DNA of 64,000 nucleotides from Patescibacteria group bacterium (GCA_038323715.1 JBBQHF010000003.1:22489-86488), one strand, 5' to 3'. Shown: positions 46,284 to 56,219, counted from the first letter of the stretch. Notes: a model not told the origin generated them from the letters alone. Made by a program: numbers and translations.

Positions 46284-46388
46284 GCCTAACTTAGGTTCTT
46301 TGAACGCATAGAATTTCGTAAAGTAAAAATTAATGTTAATTAATTTTTACCACAGAAATTCGCTAAGTGAAAAGAATATCAGTTAGGC
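46284..46388. repeat. ~105-nt imperfect inverted repeat / long rod hairpin in the rfbC-like/HIT spacer
   Basis: Four nested helices: 46284-46291/46381-46388 (8 bp), 46295-46301/46371-46377 (7 bp), 46311-46317/46355-46361 (7 bp), and 46323-46333/46340-46350 (11 bp). The apical loop is 46334-46339. Confidence 0.7.
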
Positions 46389-46402
46389 AAGGTTGCTTTG
46401 TA

Positions 46403-46855
46403 TTAATCTATTTTATACGGACTCTGGGGGTCTTTTTCCCACCTGATTTCATCTACCTCTTCTTGTTTTTTTACGCCACGATAAAGTTTATCGGGAAAAT
46501 TTAAACTTAAAGCGGGAATTTCAGAGATACATTTATAACCATGGACTACACCTGGAGGGACGACAACCAAGCAAGCATTACTTTCCCCAACTTCTATTTC
46601 CATTTTTTCATCCTTAGTTTCAGAGTCAGCTCTTCGGTCCCAAAGATAAAGCTTAAAGCTTCCTGGTCCAAAAAAAACAAAACAGTCTGACTGATGGACG
46701 TGTTCATGAGGGCCACGGATTACGCCAGGATTAGTGAAGCTAGCATAGGCCATTGCGCCTTTAAAATCAAGCTCGTCATCTCTGAATAATTCCGCCAAAA
46801 AGCCACGCTCATCATGATTTTTAGTTATTTCTTTGATTATTACGTCTTTTATCAT
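46403..46855 (-). CDS. dTDP-4-dehydrorhamnose 3,5-epimerase-like cupin (short)
   Basis: 150 aa; HDERGFLAELFR, HEHVHQSD, VPPGVVHGY are RmlC-like motifs. Confidence 0.75.
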   Translation of the reverse strand: MIKDVIIKEITKNHDERGFLAELFRDDELDFKGAMAYASFTNPGVIRGPHEHVHQSDCFVFFGPGSFKLYLWDRRADSETKDEKMEIEVGESNACLVVVPPGVVHGYKCISEIPALSLNFPDKLYRGVKKQEEVDEIRWEKDPQSPYKID

Positions 46856-46856
46856 A

Positions 46857-47846
46857 TTATAATTTTTTTATTAATCCATTTTGAGCCCCTAAATGCTCTA
46901 TTTTAGAAGCGGTATTTTTAGCACTTAACAGTAATGCTTTTTTTATATCACCCCGATAAAGTTCTAAGCCAGCGGCAAAAGTTGAACTAAACACATCGCC
47001 TACCCCGGTCGTATCAACCCGCTTTTTTTCTTTAATGATTGGTTGAAAATAAAAATTTAAACCATCGTAAGCATAAGCGCCTTCTGAGCCGGAAGTGACA
47101 ATCACAATTTCTGGGCCGAAACCTTTAATTATTTTTAATAAATTCTTTTCATCGTTAAAAAATGCATGTCCTAATCTTTGGCCACCAGAGCCAGAAGATA
47201 CTAGCGCTAACTCAATCGCCTCGTCTTTATTAATTGAAAAAACAAAAGTATCTTGCAAGAATGGAGATAACTTATCAAGCCCGGCCGAATACTGGGCTTC
47301 ACTCGGATTCCAAGTTATTCTAATGCCATATTTTTTAGCAATCGGGAAAACTTTATCTAAAATTTTTATCCAATCTCCTGATAAAGATGAAATATAAATA
47401 TTTTTTGTATTACGGAGTAGCTTTATTTCCTTGGGCCCAATTTTTAACAAACTATTAGCTCCTCGTTCTGTAAAAATTATTCGTTCTCCAGTTTTGGAAA
47501 TAAGAATAAAAGAAAAACCACTATTTTGCCCAGGAATTTTCTCAATCAAACTTTTATCAACCCCTCTGGTTTGCAGATTCTTAATTATTGATACGCCGTT
47601 TTCATCACTGCCTATCGCCGCCAAACAAGCCGTCTTAAATCCAAAGTTGGCGAAATTAACCGCGGCATTATTTGCCCCGCCTCCGAAAGTAAAATTAAAT
47701 TTATCTATCTTAATCTTCGCGCCATACTCAAACGCTAACAACTGTTGACGTAAGATATCACGCGGATTTTCAATTAACACTCCCTGGTCGGTGAAAAAAC
47801 TAATATCTTTAGTCGCTCCCCCGATAGTTATAAAGTCGTAAATCAT
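46857..47846 (-). CDS. PfkB-family carbohydrate kinase
   Basis: 329 aa; GGGANNAAV and DTTGVGDVF motifs. Confidence 0.88.
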   Translation of the reverse strand: MIYDFITIGGATKDISFFTDQGVLIENPRDILRQQLLAFEYGAKIKIDKFNFTFGGGANNAAVNFANFGFKTACLAAIGSDENGVSIIKNLQTRGVDKSLIEKIPGQNSGFSFILISKTGERIIFTERGANSLLKIGPKEIKLLRNTKNIYISSLSGDWIKILDKVFPIAKKYGIRITWNPSEAQYSAGLDKLSPFLQDTFVFSINKDEAIELALVSSGSGGQRLGHAFFNDEKNLLKIIKGFGPEIVIVTSGSEGAYAYDGLNFYFQPIIKEKKRVDTTGVGDVFSSTFAAGLELYRGDIKKALLLSAKNTASKIEHLGAQNGLIKKL

Positions 47847-47873
47847 ATTTTTATTAATAATATTTTTATCATA

Positions 47874-48416
47874 TCATATCACCCTCTTATTTTCCAGAAA
47901 AAATGGCTTCAATCTTCTTGCGAGAGAAACGGTAATATTAAAAAATAAAATTGCCGCTAACACGCCCCAGGCTAATTGATAAAATAATGATATCCAAAAA
48001 GAAGAATGAAAAGGGCCGAAAGAACCATTAAAGCCAACGGCGATAAAGGCTAAGCTCGCCGCCAAGAGATTATAAGTAAATAAAGTAATGATGAGAACCA
48101 CCACCAAGGAGTACAGTGATTTATTAGTCAGCCAATTCTCGGAGATGAGATATGAGGTCATAACGGCGATTGCCAAGGAAATTATATAAAAACCAAAAAA
48201 CTGAAAAGAAAAAATATCCAAGAAAAACCCTAAGACAAAAATAAAAAGTAAAGCTGAGCGGATACCGAAAAAAAACATGACAAATATAACCAACATCAAA
48301 ACAAGATTAATCTGATTAAATGCCCCAGGCAAAGAACTAATCAAAGAAAATTGAATCACTGCCAAAAATAGACAAGCCAGAATTATCGCCACTAATTGTA
48401 AAATGCGAGATATCAT
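47874..48416 (-). CDS. mreD: Probable rod-shape protein MreD
   Basis: Polytopic ~180-aa membrane protein immediately after mreC, with its ATG at 48416. The call is positional. Confidence 0.55.
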   Translation of the reverse strand: MISRILQLVAIILACLFLAVIQFSLISSLPGAFNQINLVLMLVIFVMFFFGIRSALLFIFVLGFFLDIFSFQFFGFYIISLAIAVMTSYLISENWLTNKSLYSLVVVLIITLFTYNLLAASLAFIAVGFNGSFGPFHSSFWISLFYQLAWGVLAAILFFNITVSLARRLKPFFLENKRVI

Positions 48417-48417
48417 A

Positions 48418-49230
48418 TTAAGGGATGACAACCGACACAACCGTCAAATCATTAAAATTAATTAGGGGCTCTATGGTGGCATCTTGCCAAACCTCATTAC
48501 TCTCGCTTCTGACGTCCGAAACCTTACCAATCACTAGTCCCCGAGGAATATCGCTACCAAGGCCAGAGGTAATAATAGTATCACCAGGAGAAACTTTTTC
48601 TAGCTGAGGAATATAACTCATTTCAATAGTGAGCCCCAAACTGCCATCGGTTATCCCCTTGGTTTTATTTTCATTTTGAAGCGAAGCGGCTAACTGACAG
48701 CCAGGCGTGGTAATCAGACATATTCTAGAACTAGTGTCTCTGGCTTCTAGGATTTTCCCAATTATAATTCCATTATCACTCAAAACTCCCAAATCTTTAC
48801 GCAAACCATCTTTCGTTCCTTTATCAATGACTAAATCGCGACTGCCCTCAGTCACATAAAAAGACTCTTCTTTAGAGACAATGTTAGCTAAGACAGCTTT
48901 AAAATTATTAGAAGAAATAAAACCAATTTGATCTCTTAATTTTTTATTTTCATCTTCAACTTCTTTCCAATGCGAATCGGTAATCGTATTTTTTGCAACT
49001 TCTAACTTTAATTTTTCTATTTCGGCCAACAGTTCGTCCGGTGTTCTTTTTTCGCTATAAGAAGTATTAGCTTGTGTTCCTAAAAAATAAAATTTTTCGC
49101 TTACCGGCCCAATTAAATATGATAAAAAATTTTCTAGTGGTCTGATTATGCCTGTCCAGTGTAAAAAAACCAGTAGTCCGAGAACTACCGTAAAAATAAA
49201 AAGCGGATTGTTTTTTTTAATAAAAGCCAT
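48418..49230 (-). CDS. mreC: Rod-shape determining protein MreC
   Basis: 270 aa; N-terminal TM, a coiled coil (EIEKLKLEV...), then beta domains ...GIIIGKILE...GDTIITSGLGSDIPRGLVIGKV. Confidence 0.88.
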   Translation of the reverse strand: MAFIKKNNPLFIFTVVLGLLVFLHWTGIIRPLENFLSYLIGPVSEKFYFLGTQANTSYSEKRTPDELLAEIEKLKLEVAKNTITDSHWKEVEDENKKLRDQIGFISSNNFKAVLANIVSKEESFYVTEGSRDLVIDKGTKDGLRKDLGVLSDNGIIIGKILEARDTSSRICLITTPGCQLAASLQNENKTKGITDGSLGLTIEMSYIPQLEKVSPGDTIITSGLGSDIPRGLVIGKVSDVRSESNEVWQDATIEPLINFNDLTVVSVVIP

Positions 49231-49261
49231 AAAGGAAAAACGTAATTAACGTAATTATAGT

Positions 49262-50302
49262 TTAATCTGAGCTAGTCGGCAAAACTACTTTAGCTAGTAA
49301 ATCTTTATTAGTTAACAGTAGTCCGGTTCCTCTCGCGACACAAGTCAAAGGATCATCAACTATTTTAACTGGGATTTTAGAAGCAGCCGAGATTGCTTTA
49401 TCTAAGCCACGAAGCAAAGCGCCACCACCAGATAAATAAAGACCACGCTCATATATATCGGAAACTAGTTCCGGAGGAGTCGTTTCTAAAATAGTTTTTA
49501 TGTTATCGATTATTTTACCAATTGTGCGACTAATAGCTTCTCTTATTTGTTTATCATTTACCATGATTGCTTTTGGCAAGCCAGTAAGCAGGTCGCGTCC
49601 GCGTACTTCCATTTCCTTCGGTTCGTCAAGCGGAACAGCCGAGCCAATTCCAATTTTAATACCTTCAGCTAATTGTTCGCCAATAAGAATATTAAATTCT
49701 TCTCTAATATAGTCAATTATATTACTATCAAATTCATTTCCGGCGGCCTTAAGGGATTTCCAGGTAACCACGCCCCCTAAAGAAATAACGGCAATTTCGG
49801 TAGTGCCGCCACCGATATCAACTATCATCGTAGCGGTCGCGTCAATCACTGGCAATCTAGCGCCAATAGCGGCGGCCATCGCCTCTTCAATCAAATAAAC
49901 CTTACGCGCGCCTGCTGATTTAGCCGCATCTTCAACCGCTTTTTTTTCTACTTCGGTTAAATCAAGCGGAATACCAATCACGACGCGAGGACGAGATATT
50001 AAAGCAAAATTATCATTATGAACTTTACCAATAAAATATTTAAGCATTTTTTCAGTTACTTCAAAATCAGAAATAACGCCATCAACCAAAGGCTTAATCG
50101 CTTCAATATGTCCTGGGGTTTTACCAACCATTTTTTTAGCCGCATCTCCGACTTCTAAAATTTCATTGGTTCTTTTATTAATCGCCACGACACTAGGTTC
50201 ATTAATCACCAAGCCTTTATCATTAAGATAAACCAGGGTATTTCTAGTACCTAAATCTATCCCTAAATCATGGCTGAATCTTCCGAGAAAGTTATTAAAC
50301 AT
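49262..50302 (-). CDS. mreB: Rod-shape determining actin homologue MreB (paralog 2, in mreBCD)
   Basis: MFNNFLGRFSHDLGIDLGTRNTLVY... from the ATG at 50302 (the track start is TTG); DIGGGTTEIAVISLGG. Confidence 0.92.
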   Translation of the reverse strand: MFNNFLGRFSHDLGIDLGTRNTLVYLNDKGLVINEPSVVAINKRTNEILEVGDAAKKMVGKTPGHIEAIKPLVDGVISDFEVTEKMLKYFIGKVHNDNFALISRPRVVIGIPLDLTEVEKKAVEDAAKSAGARKVYLIEEAMAAAIGARLPVIDATATMIVDIGGGTTEIAVISLGGVVTWKSLKAAGNEFDSNIIDYIREEFNILIGEQLAEGIKIGIGSAVPLDEPKEMEVRGRDLLTGLPKAIMVNDKQIREAISRTIGKIIDNIKTILETTPPELVSDIYERGLYLSGGGALLRGLDKAISAASKIPVKIVDDPLTCVARGTGLLLTNKDLLAKVVLPTSSD

Positions 50303-50348
50303 AAAACTAATTTTTAAAATTAACAAACTAACAATTTTCCGACTAATC

Positions 50349-51575
50349 TTATTTTAATTCGGAAACTATTGCATCACTTGAAATAATACGACTAACTGAC
50401 TCACTTCTTTTCTTTAACTCTAAACCACCGGCTTGTAGAGATTTCTTACTAACAACCAAACGATAGGGGCAGCCAATTAAGTCAGCATCGGCAAATTTTT
50501 CTCCGGCCGAAGCATCTCTATCATCATATAAAACTTCTACGCCCTGACTTTTCAAATCTAAATATATTTTATCAGCGATTTCATTTTCGTTAAGTGATAG
50601 TAAATGGATTTTAAAAGGAGCAACTTCTTCTGGCCAAATAATTCCCTTTTCATCATGACAAACTTCAACAATTGTTCCTAAGGAGCGACTAATCCCTAGC
50701 CCGTAGCAACCCATAATCACCAACTTCTTTTCACCGTCCTTATCTTGGTACTTCAAATCAAACGGTTCTGAATATTTCGTTCCTAATTTAAAAATATTAC
50801 CAGTCTCCACCGCCTTAACTTCTTTTAAGTCTTTATTGCCACATTTAGGACAAGAATCTTGGTCCGCGATAATTTCCTTATTAACCGCCATCTTACAACT
50901 TTCGCAAATATAAATAATATCTTCGCCTGCTTCGGTTAACGTTTGAAACTCATGAGAATATTTAGCAAAACTACCACCAGAAGCATAAGTTAGATAGGTT
51001 TTATCCCCCAAGCCAAAGCGTTGAAAAATATTATTATAAGCAACGATTGCTCTGTCATAATAAGTATCCAAATCTTCTTGGTTAGCATGAAAAGAATATA
51101 AATCTTTCATTAAAAATTCACGCCCACGCAATAATCCCGATTTTGCTCTTTTTTCATTACGAAATTTATTTTGAATTTGAAAAACCATCAGCGGTAGTTC
51201 ACGATAAGAATAAATAAACTTCTTAGCGAGTGGGGTAACCACTTCTTCATGGGTTGGATTAAGCGCATATTCCTTCTCGTCAGAGCCGGCCGTTTTAAAT
51301 AAAACATCAAGTGTATCCCAGCGTCCGGTTGCCTGCCAATTTTCCTTAGGAGCGAGTGAGGGCATATTTATTTCCTGGCCGTCGATTGCTTCCATTTCTT
51401 CGCGAATAATATCTTTGATTTTATTAACAACTTTCCAGCCTAGCGGTAAAAAAGAATAGACACCAGCGGCCGATTTATCAACAAACCCAGCTCTAATTAA
51501 TGCTTGAGCATTAAAGCTAGTTTCATCTTTTGGCAATTCTTTAATTGTTCTCGTAAAAAGTTGAGATTGTTTCAT
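50349..51575 (-). CDS. proS: Prolyl-tRNA synthetase, bacterial-like but lacking the INS editing domain; CxxC-x14-CxxC insert instead
   Basis: 408 aa; motif 2 FRNEKRAKSGLLRGREFLMKD, motif 3 GCYGLGISR, and a class II anticodon-binding C-terminus. Cys224/227/242/245 lie at 50841-50906. Confidence 0.88.
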   Translation of the reverse strand: MKQSQLFTRTIKELPKDETSFNAQALIRAGFVDKSAAGVYSFLPLGWKVVNKIKDIIREEMEAIDGQEINMPSLAPKENWQATGRWDTLDVLFKTAGSDEKEYALNPTHEEVVTPLAKKFIYSYRELPLMVFQIQNKFRNEKRAKSGLLRGREFLMKDLYSFHANQEDLDTYYDRAIVAYNNIFQRFGLGDKTYLTYASGGSFAKYSHEFQTLTEAGEDIIYICESCKMAVNKEIIADQDSCPKCGNKDLKEVKAVETGNIFKLGTKYSEPFDLKYQDKDGEKKLVIMGCYGLGISRSLGTIVEVCHDEKGIIWPEEVAPFKIHLLSLNENEIADKIYLDLKSQGVEVLYDDRDASAGEKFADADLIGCPYRLVVSKKSLQAGGLELKKRSESVSRIISSDAIVSELK

Positions 51576-51619
51576 ATATTTATTATTATCCTATCCAAAA
51601 AATGACCGCTTGTAAAGCG

Positions 51620-52198
51620 CTACTTTTTTATTATTTTTAAAGCTTGTTTTACTCTTTCACCCGTATCTTTTATATTTTGATCAACATTTAGCAGGGCGTT
51701 ACGAGCCTCGCTGAGCGAATATCCCAAAGACATCAGCGCATCTAGTTCATCGCTAGAGGCCAGACTGGAATCCGCCCCCAAGTTAGTCCCGGTTGTTAGT
51801 TTTAAGATTTTATTTTTAAGCTCTAACACTAAACGTTCCGCTGTCTTTTTTCCGATGCCCGAAACCTTAGTTAATAAATCAGCATCGCCTCTAATAATCG
51901 ACTCTTTAATATCGTCGGAAGAAGCAATCGCTAAAACTCCCAAGGCCGACTTTGGCCCAACTCCAGAAACGGAAATCAATAACTTAAATAAATCTAATTC
52001 TGATAAACTTTTAAATCCGTAAAGATCAGAAGAAACTTCACTAATGTGATGGTGAGTAAAGACCTCAAGTTCTAAACCAATTTTTATATCATTTAAAAAA
52101 TTATCACCGGAAAATATTTCATAACCGACGTTACTAACATCTAAAATAAAATAATTTAAAGATTTGGCGATTACTTTCCCGCGCAAAAAAGATATCAT
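51620..52198 (-). CDS. ruvA: Holliday junction DNA helicase subunit RuvA
   Basis: 192 aa; MISFLRGKV..., HhH motifs LISVSGVGPKSA and VSGIGKKTAERL. Confidence 0.92.
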   Translation of the reverse strand: MISFLRGKVIAKSLNYFILDVSNVGYEIFSGDNFLNDIKIGLELEVFTHHHISEVSSDLYGFKSLSELDLFKLLISVSGVGPKSALGVLAIASSDDIKESIIRGDADLLTKVSGIGKKTAERLVLELKNKILKLTTGTNLGADSSLASSDELDALMSLGYSLSEARNALLNVDQNIKDTGERVKQALKIIKK

Positions 52199-52213
52199 AC
52201 GATTAATTATTAA

Positions 52214-53524
52214 TTATTTTTTAAGCGGTGTTTTATTTTTTAAAAGTCTTCTCACCACGGCTAACTCGGGCAAATCAACTATTCCCTCAAGATAAATAAA
52301 ACATTTTTGTCCGCCGCCGCCACCGTGTGCTTCCTGTATTCTTTCGCCACTGGCTAAGTCAAAAAGTTCGCTCAATTTTAATTTTATTATATTATAGTCA
52401 GCTCCGATTATCTCAATTTCATCCTCAATGGCGATTGTGTTATGTACCTGAAAAATAAATTTAGTTTTTTTATCTTTTGGATATTCTATTTTTATTGCTT
52501 GACCACAAAATTCCCAAAGACTTTTGTTATGGGAGTCTTGAACATTTTGGTTGGCCTTAGTCCCAAGTAAAAATCCAGTAGTATAACCACGATGAACTAA
52601 TTTTGTTTCTAATTCTTGATAAAGATAATCTAGTTCTGATTTTAATTTGGTAGCTGAAACTTTAGCGGCTATTAAGCTCAGGGCACGGCGATAAACACCA
52701 CAGACAGTCGCTTGGTAATACACACTTTTAGCCCGACCTTCGATTTTAAAACTAGTAACGCCCGCCTTAATTAGTTCCGGCAAATGCTTTATTAAACACA
52801 GGTCATTAGAATTAAGTAGATAAGCGCCGTGTTGTTCTTCTACCAACTCCAGCTCCTCTTCATGCCCCTTGGCCTTTAAAGTATAGCGATTAACGTCATA
52901 TTGCCAACGACAAGGTTGTGCACAGTCCCCCAAATTACCGCTCCGGTCAACAAACAACTTAGATAAAAAACAACGCCCGGAATAGGCCATACACATCGCT
53001 CCGTGAATAAAATATTCTAATTCTAGTTTTGGCAAAGCGGAATGGATTTCTTTAATTTCTTTGAGGGTTACCTCACGCCCTAAAACAATCCGCCTTATTC
53101 CCTGCTTGGCCCAAAAACGAGCGGATTCAAGATTGGTGCAATTTGCTTGAGTAGAAAGATGAATTTCCGCTTGTGGCCAATGTTTTTTAATCAGACTAAA
53201 AATACCAGGGTCGGCCACTATCAACGCATCAATCTTTAATTCTTTTAATTTTTTTAGATAAACTACAAAACTCTGCAAGTGAGAATTATGAGCAAATATA
53301 TTAGCGGTTACATAAACTTTCTTGTTTAACTGATGAGCATAAATAACCGCCTCTTTAATACTTTTAAGATTAAAATCATTAATCCGAACGCGCAAAGAAA
53401 AATCGGGAATACCTAAATAAACTGCATCAGCCCCATAGGCAAAAGCAGTTTTCATTTTTAAAGTATTTCCCGCTGGAGCAAGAAGCTCCAAACTATTTTT
53501 GGTAATTTTATTTTTTATGTTCAC
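52214..53524 (-). CDS. Peptidase U32 family protein
   Basis: 436 aa with a GTG start; LELLAPAGN..., EYFIHGAMCMAYSGRCFLS is the U32 signature. Confidence 0.85.
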   Translation of the reverse strand: MNIKNKITKNSLELLAPAGNTLKMKTAFAYGADAVYLGIPDFSLRVRINDFNLKSIKEAVIYAHQLNKKVYVTANIFAHNSHLQSFVVYLKKLKELKIDALIVADPGIFSLIKKHWPQAEIHLSTQANCTNLESARFWAKQGIRRIVLGREVTLKEIKEIHSALPKLELEYFIHGAMCMAYSGRCFLSKLFVDRSGNLGDCAQPCRWQYDVNRYTLKAKGHEEELELVEEQHGAYLLNSNDLCLIKHLPELIKAGVTSFKIEGRAKSVYYQATVCGVYRRALSLIAAKVSATKLKSELDYLYQELETKLVHRGYTTGFLLGTKANQNVQDSHNKSLWEFCGQAIKIEYPKDKKTKFIFQVHNTIAIEDEIEIIGADYNIIKLKLSELFDLASGERIQEAHGGGGGQKCFIYLEGIVDLPELAVVRRLLKNKTPLKK

Positions 53525-53549
53525 GTTATTATAATTATCAATTGTACAA

Positions 53550-54497
53550 TTAAGATCTTTTTATTCTTGTTAGACCACTAATTGGAACGATTTCTATTCC
53601 CTGTTTTTCAATTTCATCAAGCAATAAATTCATCCCCAAAGAATCAGAGGCCATATGGCCAGCGATTACGACGTTAATATGAAATTTTTCTGCTTCTTTG
53701 CGGTGTTCTTCGGACATGTGCATCCCAATAACAGTGCCGATCCCGTATTGTGACATTTTTTCATAAATATCTTTAGAACCAGAAGTGCCGCCGGTAAATT
53801 CCGTCACGACAATCTTGCCACAAGAATTGTCTTCAGAACCAGAAAATATCATCGGACCATTTTTTTTCTTTTTTGCCTCAGCGTACTCTGGAATAGTTTC
53901 TAGGAGCTCAATAATATCGCCCACGGTATCTAATTCGGATTTTTTCTCAGTAAATAACTTATCCATAAAACTCGCACCCAAATTATCAGCCGGGGTATGA
54001 ATACACATAAAATTCAGATTCAACATTTTCGCGGCGTCAACTGACCGATCATGATTAATCGGTGAGATGCCACGATGAACTTCACTAATACGAGATTTAA
54101 TCACTGACTCGGCAATATTAATCGGGACACCATAACCGGCCAAAACCTGCGCCTGGAGTTTCATCACGTCGGACAAATCTGCTAAAGCAATTCCTTCGGG
54201 GTGATGTGCTAAAACTAAATCAATGTCGCCAATTTGCTTGGCTAATAATAATTCCGAGGTTTCCATATCAATCCCCACTAAAATCTTTTTAATCTCGCCC
54301 CCGTTATCAAATAAAACGCGCGCGTCAGAATAAGGATTACTTAGCTTTTCCATATCAAAGCTAGGCTTATCTTTGTCGGGCAGCGCTTCATATTTTTTAT
54401 TTACCCGCGCTAAATATTTTTTTACCTCATCCTCACCGCGCAAATCTGATTTAATGCCGAGCTGAATTGCTAAATCATAAATTTCTTTAGTCTTCAT
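53550..54497 (-). CDS. NIF3 (DUF34)-family dinuclear-metal-centre protein, probable
   Basis: 315 aa; ...DLVLAHHPEG... and the C-terminal ...IAGHMASDSLG... resemble NIF3 HHP and GHYxSE motifs. By-eye call. Confidence 0.55.
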   Translation of the reverse strand: MKTKEIYDLAIQLGIKSDLRGEDEVKKYLARVNKKYEALPDKDKPSFDMEKLSNPYSDARVLFDNGGEIKKILVGIDMETSELLLAKQIGDIDLVLAHHPEGIALADLSDVMKLQAQVLAGYGVPINIAESVIKSRISEVHRGISPINHDRSVDAAKMLNLNFMCIHTPADNLGASFMDKLFTEKKSELDTVGDIIELLETIPEYAEAKKKKNGPMIFSGSEDNSCGKIVVTEFTGGTSGSKDIYEKMSQYGIGTVIGMHMSEEHRKEAEKFHINVVIAGHMASDSLGMNLLLDEIEKQGIEIVPISGLTRIKRS

Positions 54498-54519
54498 ATA
54501 TATTCTATTAAATAATTAA

Positions 54520-55422
54520 CTAGGCTAAGCCTCGAAGTTTTTTAATTCTTTCTTCTACTGGCGGATGGGTCATAAACAAACCACTTAACCAGCCAATTTT
54601 ATTTTCTTCCTTAAAAGGAGAGGCAATATAAAGATGAGCGGTCGCGCGATTAGCAACTTCCAGCGGTTCTTGGTCGGCGGAAATCTTTTCCAGGGCTCTA
54701 GCTAAACCTTCTGGATATCTCGTTAACAGAGCACCATCAGCATCAGCCGCAAATTCACGCTTACGAGAAATTGCAAACTGTAAAGCATAGGCAAATATTG
54801 GCGCCAAAATAGAAAGCACAATCGCCGCGATTGTTATTATGAGTTGAATTTGGTTATTACCACTATCACTTTTACGACGACCACCGAAAAATGACCAACG
54901 CCTAAACCAGTCCGCCAGCAGTACGACTAAACCAACCAAAACCGTCACGACGGTTGCTAATAAAATGTCGCGATTTCCAATATGAGATAATTCATGAGCA
55001 ATCACCCCTTCAAGTTCAGACTTTTCTAATTTTTGTAATAAACCAGAGGTAACCGCAATCACGGCATGATTGGCATCGCGACCAGTTGCAAAAGCATTAG
55101 GGGCGCTATCATCAATTATATAAATTTTTGGTGTCGGCAAGCCGGCGGTAATACAAAGATTTTCTACTAAATGATAAAGTTCGCGATTAGAATCATGGTC
55201 TATCTCGTGTGCCTTACTCATCATAAGCACCATCTTGTCGCTATTATAATAAGCAAAAATATTAGAAAAAATACTAATAAAAACCGCAATATATAAAATA
55301 GTAGAATCATTCATCGCTAGACTAAAAATATAGCCGACGATAATTATAAAGACAAAAAACCCGGCCAAATAGGCCCAGGTTTTTCGCTTATTAGAATCGC
55401 TGTTGTTATATAAACTAGCCAT
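54520..55422 (-). CDS. htpX: Membrane zinc metalloprotease HtpX (M48)
   Basis: 300 aa; HELSHIGNRD (HExxH), TM segments, C-terminal ...THPPVEERI. Confidence 0.92.
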   Translation of the reverse strand: MASLYNNSDSNKRKTWAYLAGFFVFIIIVGYIFSLAMNDSTILYIAVFISIFSNIFAYYNSDKMVLMMSKAHEIDHDSNRELYHLVENLCITAGLPTPKIYIIDDSAPNAFATGRDANHAVIAVTSGLLQKLEKSELEGVIAHELSHIGNRDILLATVVTVLVGLVVLLADWFRRWSFFGGRRKSDSGNNQIQLIITIAAIVLSILAPIFAYALQFAISRKREFAADADGALLTRYPEGLARALEKISADQEPLEVANRATAHLYIASPFKEENKIGWLSGLFMTHPPVEERIKKLRGLA

Positions 55423-55427
55423 ATATG

Positions 55428-56180
55428 CTATTCTTGTTTCTTAGTAAAGCCATCAAAGGCGCGCAAAACTTCAATTGGAGTCATAAAGATTACCGTGTTT
55501 GATTGATCGGAAGAAATATCATTAATTGCTTGCAAGGTTCTAAGATGTAAAGCCCCTTTAGAAGCCGCCAAGGTATTGGCTGCTTCGGCAATATTAGCTG
55601 CGGCTGCTAATTCTCCTTCGGAATTGATAATAACCGCGCGTTTCTCACGTTCTGCCTCTGCTTGTTTGGCGATTGTTCTTTCCATTGATTCTGGTAAAGA
55701 AACATCTTTAAGCTCAACGTTATTTACTTTAATCCCCCATTCATCAGTTTCTTTATCAACAATATCTCTTATTCTATCGGCAATCTCATCGCGCTTACTT
55801 AAAAGTTCATCAAGAGTAACTGAGCCAACAATATTACGCATGGTAGTTTGCGCATATTGAGAAATGGCATAAAAGAAATTTTCTACCTCAATTATCGCCT
55901 TTTCAGCAAAGGCAACTTTATAATAGATAACGGCATTAACAGTTACGGAAACGTTATCGCGAGTAATTGCTTTTTGATCAGGGACATCAACTGCCTTAAC
56001 TCTAATATCAACTTTCTTAAAAGTCTGGAAAACCGGAATTAAAATACGCCAGCCTGGTTGCATAATTCCAGAAAATTTTCCCATCGTAAATCTAACCCCT
56101 CTTTCGTACTGGTTAATCTGTTTTAAACTGCTAAGAATTAAAATACCTACGATAATTATTACATAAACTGCAACTCCCAT
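55428..56180 (-). CDS. SPFH/band-7 (stomatin/prohibitin-like) membrane protein
   Basis: 250 aa; N-terminal TM, then ...INQYERGVRFTMGKF... and an Ala/Glu-rich coiled coil. Confidence 0.88.
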   Translation of the reverse strand: MGVAVYVIIIVGILILSSLKQINQYERGVRFTMGKFSGIMQPGWRILIPVFQTFKKVDIRVKAVDVPDQKAITRDNVSVTVNAVIYYKVAFAEKAIIEVENFFYAISQYAQTTMRNIVGSVTLDELLSKRDEIADRIRDIVDKETDEWGIKVNNVELKDVSLPESMERTIAKQAEAEREKRAVIINSEGELAAAANIAEAANTLAASKGALHLRTLQAINDISSDQSNTVIFMTPIEVLRAFDGFTKKQE

Positions 56181-56219
56181 ATGGTTATAATTAATTAATT
56201 AGAGCTCTTTCTGTATGTA

